In this document: positions 50,701 through 63,000 of the stretch, piece by piece
Layout of the letters: every line of letters starts with the position of its first letter
Numbering within the stretch: position 1 is the first letter of the stretch
NCBI GenBank assembly: GCA_030141605.1
Contig: JAQGDQ010000161.1
Location: 62,001 to 126,000 of the forward strand
DNA length: 64,000 bases
Source of the DNA: Tubiluchus corallicola
Lineage: Eukaryota; Animalia; Priapulida
Direction of reading: 5' to 3'
Position numbers and translations under genes: made by a program
The notes under the pieces: generated by a model
What the model was told of the DNA's origin: nothing
The model's database searches: none
The model's input: only the letters and a program-made list of their open reading frames with translations

Positions 50701-51020
50701 AAACTGTACATATTTGGTGGAAAATTACTATAATGCTTTTATTTCCTATGGGAAAGGCAAAAATATTCCATATTTTGCAATCACACAGAGTTAAAATTTG
50801 CAATCTGGCATGTTGAATGAAAGTTTTTGTTTTATTTTATGTTTTCCTTTCAAACCACCACTAACTGCATGAAATGGAATTTAACAAAAATTACTTGACT
50901 TTATATAATTCTGATGCTTGTCGTTAAACCAGTTGAATTCAGTTATTACTGTCGAAAAAACTGGAACCTGATCTTAACCTTGACTTTACTTTAAAAATAT
51001 ACTTATACACGTGTATATAA

Positions 51021-51055
<35 letters not shown>

Positions 51056-54000
51056 ATACTAATAAAACAATGTTAACCTTTATTTCATTATCGTTGATGT
51101 GTCATGCATTATTTCATATTTACGTACTGGGAACTACATGGCTTTACAGGGTTTCCTTAGTATGACTATTGTTTTCACAAGGGCTTCATTCTATTTTTGA
51201 TACTAGGATGAGACTGGCAGATATCCAGTTGGTATTTTTATTGTGCTGCCTTCCCGGAAGGATTATCCAGATTATTATCAGGTCATCACTGAACCAATTG
51301 ATATGAAAATGATAGAAGCAAATATTAATTCTGGAAAGGTAAACATTTAGTATTCTGCCATTTTCGTTAATTTTTAGTCTGATCACATAGTTAGTGTGTT
51401 GTCTCATTATAAGTCCTTATACATTGAGAGAGAGAGAGTTATGAGACAAACATGATATGTGTTGATTTCTTAGTCCTTTGGTGAAATTTTAGCACGCAAC
51501 TTTTAAATGCCTCTCAGTACAGCTAGACGGCTTGTGATTTATACTTTTATTGCTACACTGTAACAATTTATTACACATTAGTCAATGTTTACTGACCTGT
51601 AACATGTAAAATGTTGCTGCTCGTTTGACCACCTTTATACCAAAGTTTGTCTGCATTTCGCCAGTGCTGGATTGTCTTTGCTGGCTTCTAGTGAAATTCA
51701 GAATTCCGTTTAAGATTCTAACTTTTAAGGCATTAAATTGAATGTCATCCATTTGTTTGAAAGGTATGATTAGTGAGTATGAGGCAACTCGCTTTCTCTC
51801 ATAAGTCTTTGCACTTGCTTGCTTGTGGTACCTAGATGCAAAATAATTCAGTTGTCATAAAAAGCATCATCTCACATTGCATTTTATCTGTGGAACTCCC
51901 TCCCATTTCATATATGGTCTGAAATATCTTTTGCATCTTTCAAATTTTTACTGAAAACTCGCTTAGTTAAAATTACATCTGATCCATAAGTTGATTCTAA
52001 ATAAATTTTATTGTTTTGCAAATTTAGTTAAAAGAGATTGTTTAATGTTTTTAAAGCTTGCCGTTGTACTGTTCTGTAGCTTGGTCAGGTTTTATATATT
52101 TGTTGTTTGCACTATAATTCAATATAGTAGAATACTGAATTACTAGAATACTTGACGCTGGTCTATATAAATTTAAATATGCTAAGCTTTTGTTTTAAAC
52201 ATTGTTCCTGTTTCTGCTTGCAGTACCCTAATGAGAGTGCTCTATTGGCTGATTTTCGTCTGATGTTCAACAATGCAAGACATTACAATGAAGAGGGATC
52301 TCAAGTTTATCAAGATGCAGACGTCTTAGAAAAGATACTTTTTGAAAAGGTGAAGGAGCTAGGCATTGGAGAGCAGCCACGATGTGTTAGACCAGTGAAA
52401 AAGTGTGTACAGACAACTTTTAGTATTATTTATATTGTTGGATAATAACCCAATTTAATTTGTAAAATGAGCAGTTATCGATATGGTTTGTTGTGTCTGT
52501 TAACAACTAGATTAGTAATCATATACTTAATCATTATAAGACACAATAATAAGACAAGTTAATAAAAAACTTGGGATACTATATAAAAAAATACATTGTT
52601 GTTGACTTACGACCACAATCCGTTCTGGCAAATTGGCAGAAATGACTTGGACACATTGACTATTGAAGTGGTATGCACCTAAACATAGACGTTGTACATG
52701 TATGCATACTAAGAATTGCAGCACCTATGCAGGAATTTATCAAAATGATTAGCGATTTATAGTAATTTGTTTAAAAGAGAAGGAAATGTGAGTTATAGTT
52801 GGTTTTATATAATTAATTAATTAAGTTGTATTCAGGTCGTCAAGTCAGTAATGAGTTGCTTAGATCGTAAGTACGCGACTACCTATAACCCATTCTTTTC
52901 TGTGATCTCACCTCAGTGCTTTGGCGATATTTTGTGCTTTTCGTTACTATGTTGTTATGACTTGCACATTTCTGTTCTTTTGTTCAGTGCCCAGTTTCAC
53001 AAAGCTGTCATTAACTTAACAACGTCAATATTTATAGTCGCTCTTTTTCTCCTGAAGATAGGTCTACAGTGGTGATTGAAACACTGTGTCTTTTCTTGTT
53101 CTTTGTTGTTAAGTTTTTTATTGATTTTATCAATTTCTGCCAGAATTGTGCCTCTATTAGGTTATATTATATTATATTGATGTTGTTTAGGTTAAAGATC
53201 AAGCCATTATCAGACATGGAAGCAAAGATTCATAGTGTCTATGATTACTTGAAGCAGTATAGTGATTCTAAAGGTCGAGTCTTGTCTTCCATTTTTATGC
53301 GACTTCCATCTAAACAAGTATGTATTATGTCAAGTACTGTTATACAGTCGTTGAAGTTAGAAAAAGGTATTGAAAAAGTAAAAAAATTAAATACTGCAAT
53401 TGAAATTTCTTCAATGAGTGTGGTTTGCACCGGTTTTTTTGCAGCTACTATTGACAAATAGTTATGTTATATGTTTTATAAAATTAAGTAAAGCAGTAGT
53501 TATTTTTTTATTTATAGTTGCTATTAACTTTTTGTATATTACTGACACAAACAGTGTTTTAAGTTTATTAACTCTCCTCTTGCAGTAAAAGCTCTTTTAT
53601 TCAGTTTTAGTGCAACTGATGGAATAAACCCATTCAAACTCTATCAAATTGAAAGTCAAAAAGAAACTGGATGTCAGTGTTTAATAATAGACTGCAAAAC
53701 TTCCAAATCAGTTATTAGCTCTAGAGTATAAACTGTTTGGGTTATTAAAATGTTGAACATTTTCGTTGCTGAAACAATTCATTCGGATGGTACAGTAAGT
53801 CCTCGCTTAACAATGCTAATATGTTCCAGCAAAATGCGACATTAAGTGAAATGTCGTTAAACGAAGTGAAGAATTGCATAGAAAGTAATGTAAAAGAAGT
53901 GAGATACGTTCCAGATGCAAAAATAATATAAATAAAATGTTTTATGAGTTTTGCTCATGTTTCTACTGGTTAATTTCTTTCTGCTTGCTTGAAACCATCT

Positions 54001-57000
54001 TCCTTGTCTAGCTAGCAGTTTCTCTTTCGTTAACGTTTAAGCTACATCTGGGCAGTGGTTAAACAATAAACACTGCAGCGTCAACCCCAAGCCCTGTGGC
54101 AACCTTTGCTATAGCAACAGGTCGCATTCCTTGGCATAAAGTTTGCTCCCAAATCTTGCTTGATACAAACGGCTACCATTTAGTAGTCAGTTGGGAAGCA
54201 AAAACATGTTATGCATGTATAATAATTACACAGTTTGCATTACTAGAGTGCTTTAGAACAGAATAATGCAATATGTACTATTTTAATGCATAAGATTACG
54301 TAAAAAATTTGTTCATAAACTAAAAATTGGCTTTGAGCAAAGTAAAAAAAATGTCGTTGAAGCTAAACAGTCATCGTTAAGCGAAGAAAGGTGTAAAATG
54401 TTCTGCATCTTTACAACAAAACTAGACAGGGAGTCATTACGCGAGCTCTTACTGCATCTAATATTTTTTCAGGAATATCCGGAGTACTATGAGATTATCA
54501 GGAAGCCAATAGACATGCAACGAATTCATCAGAAGATGATTGCTGGCCAATATGAGAATTTAAATGACATCATCGCTGATTTTCTTCTCATGTTTGACAA
54601 CGCATGTAGATTTAATGAACCAGACTCACTTATTTATAAGGTCTGTTACATGTTATAACCATAAAATCAGCTATGATATTCATTATCAGTACACTACTCA
54701 CTAGATTTAATTTAGATCTTTATTTCAAACCTTGTTCCATTATGACATGCAATATGTACAACTCCTATTACGAAAATAAAATGTGAAATATACTTAATTT
54801 AGATATTAGTATAAATATATACAGCGATAATAACTGATTTTACTCTGCAAACAAATTACATAAAGGACTTTTCACCATATATCTTATTATCAGATATATT
54901 ATTATTATTATTTTTCTCTTATATCAGATGTAAAATATGCATCGCATACCCTTAAATTTTTACAGATAATACTTATACTGTTAGTGACTCTGCTATACAC
55001 ACTAGTTATGCATTTCCTATAAATTACACCAAAATACGACTGTGGTTGGTAGCAATAGTTCTTCTGGTGGAATGATAAGGATAGCCAAATGAGCTTATTG
55101 AGAGTATAACTATAATAATAACTAGAGCAAGGCAAACGTTAATGATAAGTGAGTATCAACAGGAGGGGTGATTGCAAAATTCCCACCTTTTATATTGACT
55201 TATAATTATTTCTTACTCTTTCCATAGTCCTGATGATCCAATAACTGGTGAAAATAATTTCATTTTCGAAAACCTAAAAAGTATTGATGACAATATTATG
55301 CTTATAAACATTTTCAGAAATTAATTTTATCTATCTTTTCATCTTTGTATGCCAGACATTTTTAATGTAAGTGATTTAAATAATAAAATATTTAATCATT
55401 GAGCCAACTTTTAAATTTTAGTTAGACACATTTTTGGAAGAATGTTCTTTTTTTTGTTTATTATGTTTTTCTTTGTAAATTTGTTGCAGTTTACCTTTTT
55501 CGAATCTCTCCAAATTAAGTATTGAGTTACTCACAAAAGAGCATCTGCTACCTTGATATTTTATAGCATTATAATTGTGTACTTTAATTTAATTTGGATT
55601 TGGAAATAAAAATTGCCTTCATATAATTTTGCTCAATTTCACTGTTAAATATTTACACCAAATCATTCTAGTTAACTTTGACAACTTTTTTATGTAAAAT
55701 TTAAAATCTGATTAGTTTAATCACTCTAATCAATTGAGTTTAATGAACAAAGGTTTAAGATTTGAGAAATTAATTAATCAACTTACATGGTGATTCTCTA
55801 TAAGAGTAATTGTGAAATTATAACTGATGAACGACACTCTTGAACAATCTATAACTGTAGTGTCTGAATGCCTGAGTAACCTCAATCCACAGGCAACCAT
55901 TTACGGATACGAGGCTGGTCACATGAACAGTCTAAAAATTAACAGAAAAGAGGGGGCATACAAATTCAAGCTTAAGTCAGCACAGACCCTGCAGAATAAG
56001 AAAGAACTTGCAAAAGGAAAGCCGTGCACTGGATGTCTTATGACTGATTGTAGTGTATTTTCTCTTATTAGTGTAATTTATTTTCTCTAAAAATAGTTGC
56101 TAACTTAGAATACTTTGTGGACACAAACCATCAAGTTTTGCACTTTCCTGTAGTACTTGCATAAACATAAATAATTGTTTTTTATGAATTTACAATGATG
56201 TATGCTTTTGTTTAGGATGCATTAACGCTGCAGCGACTTCTGTTAACTAAGAAGGCAGAACTTGGTGTAACTGATGGAGGTGTACCAGATGTCCGTACTG
56301 CTGTACAGGAGTTACTCACAAACATATATGTTTCAGTTATTAATCATCAGGTGACACATTAAAAATCTTAAATGTGTTTGTTAGAAATAATTGAAAAAAG
56401 TATTTCGAAAAAGGATTTACAAATTAAACAACAGTGTTTTTATCAGCACAAAAACGATTCACCAGTCATCACTGCTTTATACTATATATTTATACTTGCA
56501 TGGTCCATTACTCATCACTGTATTGAAGTTTCGGTCAATTTGTCATCATTGCATTGCAGCTTTGTGGTTCACTACTGCATTGCAGCTGTGTGGTCCACTA
56601 CTGCATTGCAGCTGTGTGGTTCATCTGTGCAGTTTACTAGTTATGATAGCATTGCAGATGTGCAGTTTTCTATTTATAACAGCATTGCAACTGCATAATT
56701 TACTACTTGTGACAGCATTGCAACTATGCAGTTTGCTAATTGTGACAAAATTGCAGCTGCACTTTTCTAGTTATAACAGCATTGCACTTGTGCAGTTTAC
56801 TAGACGCTACTGCATTGCATCAGTATAGCTTCTTATTCAACTCTTTCTCAATATTTTCATTGAATGAAAACAGAAAAATGACTGCTTATACTTTAATGTC
56901 ACTGAACGTATGTGCTCAAAGAAATTAAACGCTTATGTTCATTTAGCTTGAAATGTATGTAAGAGTGTTAGCTGCAATGCTGCAATAAAAATGTCTTAGT

Positions 57001-60000
57001 TGTGATAACAGCAGAATTTCTACCAATCAGGTTATTGTAGAGCCAATCATTATTCATAATTTTTTATTTTATTTTGTAAGACTGAACCTTTTATTGGCAT
57101 ACTTTATGAGATATATTTATGACAGGGGTTACTTTACATTTAATTCTATATAAATGTAAATCAGAACAGACATTGCCAAAGAAAACTTGCACGCAGAAAA
57201 TATTTGACCTGCCTATCTGAAATTTACTTTTATGCATGATAATAAGACTGATAATTGACTTTAGAAACTAATTCATAATTATGGATTTGAACTCGTTTCA
57301 GAATGAAAATGGCCGCTGTTTTAGTGACTCCCTTCAGGGACTGCCTTCCCTAGATCCTGAAACCGATACTAGCAGCAGCACCGAGAAGAAACGTCTCCTT
57401 AATCTGGAAATCATCAAGAAGAATTTGGATCGGGGTTGCTATCGAAGATTAGATGTTTTCCAGAGTGATATGTTTTTGGTGTTTCAGCGTGCTCGACGGC
57501 TCAATCGTACTGATTCTGAGGTACGTAATTATATTTCACCTTCATCTAACAATAGCTCACATGATGCTTAAGACTTAAAGTCAAGCTATAAGCATTTTTA
57601 CTATTTTAACTTTATAATTGTCTAGAAAATTATGCAAAATTTAGCAAATGACAGAATATACGATTGTAGTTGAAGCATTTTTTCTAAATTGTGATTTTTA
57701 TTAATAGAACATTTCACTAAATGAATAGAAATTTGAAAGAATGCAAAAGAAATATAATATATATACAGCTGTCATTATTTTTGTGTATGATTTATTCACT
57801 GACTTTTTGACTGACATTTAATACTTGCCTTTATATTTAATTGACATTTAATATTTAATGATTTACTTGCAAAATTGCTCAGTTTGCACGAGCGACTCTT
57901 GCTGTCAATTTTTAATTAAATGTCATGTTTATTTTAGTACTAGAAATGTGGCTATACACATAGAAAATATGTAATTAAAAACCAATAATCAAAAGTACTA
58001 CAAGACCTAAAAACATGTACAAACAATAGAGACGATTTGTGAACTGAACACTAAGAAATGTTAGTAAGTGTATTTTCCCATTGGCAAAAAATAGTCCAAG
58101 TTAAATCAGTGTTGCATGTTATTTATTGGTGAAATGACATTGTTATCTAGAAATTGCCTTTAGAGGCACCTTTGGATTCAAAGAAAGCTGGCTGTGAGTG
58201 AAATGCCAAAGAGACTGGCAAAGGGGCATTGTGAAACAGTGAGAGCTGTTGTCTTCTGAATCAATTTTGGGATGCAGTCTCAGAAATAAGTCACCTTGAT
58301 TGGTTAAGCGAAATTTTCCAGGGTAGCCATTTGTGTTGTAGACTTTATTCTGGAACTATTTCACTTCATAACACATAAGAAAAGGCAATGTTTGACTTTG
58401 AATTTGAATTTGGATGTGTGTGTTAGATTGATTTGAATGCGAATAATGGTAACTAGAGTTTGCTATACATTGCAGATATATGAGGATGCTGTTGAGTTAC
58501 AACAGTTTTTCATACAAGTTCGTGATTCTCTCACACGTAGTGGAGAGTTACTACAATCTCCAGCTCATCATTTTACACAGCGCCATTTGCAGCAGGAATT
58601 ATACACTGAACGAGCTCGTAAGCTACCAATTGAGCAGAAAGAAGATGAAGAAAAGCAAGATAAAACGAAAGATGAAGAAGTAAAGGCGGTCAGTGCTTGC
58701 ACAATATTTTTTCTGTTTTTCGCTTTCTTATTAATTGATGTTTCATATTTTCTGTGTAACTTCTTTAAGTATGAAGGTTGGGCTTGTTAAACCTAAATTT
58801 AGACAAGGTTCAACACAAAGAAAAGACAAAGACTTTTCAAGACAATAAATACATGTTTTTTGTTTCCCTCGTGCAAATTAATGCTTGTTTTTTATTGATA
58901 CTGATCGAGACAGAATTGGCTACGTGGCAGCCAAAAATGTTAGTTGATAAAACCAAAATCTCAACATCTCCTATTCTGCACGTGGAACTTCCACGAAACT
59001 TGACGCAGTTGCTCTAACAAGGAGATTAACTCTCGAAATTCATTCAAATCAGTGAAAAAATGGTAAAACTGATAATTTTGCAATAATCTCACGAGAATCG
59101 TTATATTACATTAATTTTTTTAACAAAATATGACACTATTAATTATTATCATTATAATGTTCAATTTTTATCATATGTTAAACGAAAGAAACAAGTGGTT
59201 TCATGTAGAAGTAATTGTGTGAACGTTTCGTTGGTTTTGTGTTGATGCTGAATCTAGAATGAAGCAGTCAAGGCAAATCACAAACTGTAGCTAGCAAAAT
59301 TTTTTGAAACGAAATATTTTATGTCTGACCAATTGCGAACGGCAGCTTGAAAACTGCTATTAAAATTAAAACAGATTTCACAACTCAGACAGTTACAGTC
59401 TTCCACAGGCTAACAGTTTGTGAAAGAAGAATGATGGCAACCAAACAGGAGAGCTTTCCTATCTTACTTGCAGATGATCAGTTTGTCTTGTGTTTTTTGT
59501 CACAGATTTCCTGGCTTTAGTCTTTGTCCTAGACGTATCGATAAATTATTTTATGTATTTGTCTTTGCTCAGTCTTCATCTAACAGTATTGATATCTGTT
59601 ATTCTATTGCATACAATGTTCATGGACAGTTACATGATACTGCCTCTATTATAGGTTTTTCTTTATTATTTAGGTTTAGAGTGTGATGAGTAGAAGCTTA
59701 CGAGTAACAGTGTTAACAGAGAAACATAGTGTCATTTAATTAAAAGCTAAGGGAGAGACATTAGGTTTCTTTAGCATGAATGGACTTGAAATTTTACTCT
59801 AAAGGAAGATGCGGAAATTTCATCTAGGTTGTCTATCACTGCAACAAACATTTATATCACCTAAACAAATGATGCTGTTACCGTTCTAATGTCTGTCCTA
59901 GCAAATAATGGAGCATTTTTTGCTGAATTTAACCTAATTTAAAATATTATTTTTTTAACAGCTTGTTGATGAACTGGGTGTGCAAAGTATGCGTTACAAA

Positions 60001-63000
60001 GATCAGACTTATGTTATCGGTGACTTTGTGTACATTGAGCCACGTGAAGCCGACCTGGAGCCTCACATAGTTTGTATAGAAAGAATGTGGATTGATCCAG
60101 ATGACCATGAAGCGTATATTTATGGTGCTTGGTACTACAGGCCACAGGAGACGTATCATGCTCAGACACGCAAATTTCTTGAAAAGGTTTCTTTTTTTTT
60201 TAAATTGCTAAGCTGCTAAAGTAGGTAGTAGAATGTATGTGAGAGAGATCTGTCTTTGATGAATGATTACCTACTACTGTAGAAAAAGTGATTAACTCAG
60301 CACTGTAGTTATGTTAGGCAAGTCATAAAATAGAAGGGAAAATAGTTTTCATTTAACCGTCATCTTTGTTAGTGCTTGTTATAGTTCAATAGCTGTTACA
60401 TCACGTGTACTTAAAGGAGAGATGGAAATTTTTGTGCAATTGACCTTGGTTATAGTTACAGTTACAGTAGTCCACTAGTCTTAGTCTTCTTTTGGAATAA
60501 CATTTGCATTTGAATAGAGCTTGGAATGGCATAGGAAGTGCAGTGCTTTTCTATGTTTTAGGTTAACTTTTGCAGTTTTTATGTTAGTAGTGGGTTTCAT
60601 ATTGTGTCATTTTTGAATATCAATATAAGAAATCATTTTAGAACTATTAGGCATAATTTCTGTTCAGTGCATGTTAAGTGTGTTCATAACTTTCCATGTA
60701 AAATTCCTTTATTACGCAAATTCTAAATTTTGTGCAATTGTCTAATAAAATCAGCAGTTTATTTTTAAAACTTCAAAGCGCTTCCAAAAAACGTGTAAAT
60801 CTTAAAAGTCATCTAAATGGAGAAGTTGGATTACAACTTTCGATTTCATATTTGTTTTGTCCAACGTAACAAATATGTTTTAATTGCTATATCTTTTTAA
60901 CCATTAATGTTATTATTGTATTAATGAAAGTTGAGAGATATTTATTAAAAAAGTACAAGTAAATTTATATTGTTCTTACAGGAAGTTTTCAAGACGGAGT
61001 ACCAAGCAAAACAACCGTTGAAGAATGTTTTAGGAAAATGCTATGTGATGTTTGTAAAAGACTATTTTAAAGCAAAACCTGAAGTAACAAACACAATTTT
61101 TATTTATGAAAATCAGTTTTTATACACGATTCAAAATAATTATGCTTCATGAAATAATAGTGCAGTATCCAATATTTTGAGAATCTCAAATTGAAATGCC
61201 TAAGCATTAATGTGCGAATTCCATCTGTTATCATATTGTCATTGTGTGTTTACTTTTCAATACCCTGGATACTGTTTAGTGAAAACATAATTAGCTAAAC
61301 TAAAGATTTTTGCTACATTTTATCTCAATATATGTGCACTGCAGTGTTTTCGTAATACAAACACTTCGACATTCGGCTATGAGCACAAAGTCAGGTAAAA
61401 TTAAGAGAATCTTATTTGCATGTAGAATATAAAAATGATGGTTTCATTTTCTTGCCAGGGTTTTGCGGATGCTGACGTGTATGTGTGTGAATCCAGGTAC
61501 AACGTAAGAACCCGGGCGTTCAAACCCATTAAGAAATGGCTCCCACCACCGAATGATCGTGTTAAAATTGTACTGCGTTCGACGCTTATTGTACCCACTA
61601 GAGTGCCGTCGGTGTTTGCACCGAAAGTTGATGATCTGGGAGGCTTTATTGGGGAACTTAGCATAATTGACAAAGAACGTCCGGTATGTGTAATGGGTTT
61701 TTGTGAAAAATTATAAATCTGTCTAAAGATATGATTGAAATAAGTTTAGAACATTTATCAGACAGTGCAACATTATGCTGATGAGTTACATTTTGTTATA
61801 ATTAGATTCTCGATAATCCAAACAGTGTTTGGGTATAAGTTAACAGTTCCTTACAATTCACATAGCATTCTGGGCATGGCCAGATTATCCTATAGTCTGC
61901 AGCCTAGGGCTCCTCAAGCTTGGCGGGCCTCATGCTTTGGTAACATTTGGTAAAAAATCTGTTTTTTCACTGTGATTATGTTGAAATATGTTCTAATTTG
62001 GTTTGCACTAAATATTAAAATACTGGTATCTGTTAAAGAATTTTTTATTGACAAACAAAGCGTAAAAAATATTCAAGACAGGTGCGGGCAAGTTAGAGGT
62101 TGGCTTCACATAAGGGAGCCCATAATTTCACTAGCCTACAGGCCTGAAAAGTTCATAATTCGGCACTGGTTCTAGGCATGCATACATATGTTCTAAAATG
62201 CTTCACAGTAAATAATACAAAAAGTAAAGAATACAAAAAAATAAGAAATATCACTAAGTTCAGCTTACAATAAGGCCACCCACGCAAAGTAAAATTTTTG
62301 AATATAATTCATCTTTCTTTCTTCTTTATCATGATCATTTGTTTTTTATGTATTTAAAATGTTGCCGTTGTCTGTTTCAGAATGTTATTTGTTCTGTACA
62401 AAATCCTGAAGATGGATGCACATATTATGAAGCATACAACCTAAGCTTGGGTCCATTTAAACTTGGAGACTGCGTATATGTACGCTCAGAAAGTGAACGG
62501 CCTTTTATAGCTCGAATCGAAAAAATGTGGACAGATGTCAAGTGAGTTAATTACGTATCTGATATAATAAAAGTATAATCATGTTGTAGATGTGTTGGAA
62601 TTATTAGTGCCTTATCATAGCCATCTTTTTTGGCATTGGTTGCTAGATTGCCGCAGCAGGTAAAACCTATTGGAAGTTCACATATTGCAGTTTATTTTTG
62701 TACTAGTAGAAGGCATAACATGTAGTTATTTTATCATATGGTTAGTCTGTAGTTTTTTGTGGTAGTAGTTGTGGTAGTTGTTGGTCTTCATCTAACTTGT
62801 AAAAACAATGTAAAATTTTATTTTGCTTTTTGTGGTTAATATTAGTCCTTCAATAGCAGTAAGACAAAAAAGTAATAATTGAGTTCTGGATCAATGATGA
62901 ACAGACTTGACTTTGTATTCTGATTTATTTCTCATTTTTTGTATTAAATGTTTAACTCGATGTTATGTAGCGGAGATCCATACTTCCGAGGACCTTGGTT

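Noticed and set aside
59258-59272. Possible 15-nt micro-exon (NEAVK) with a GC donor in PBRM1
   Set aside because: Weak splice signals and not needed for frame continuity.
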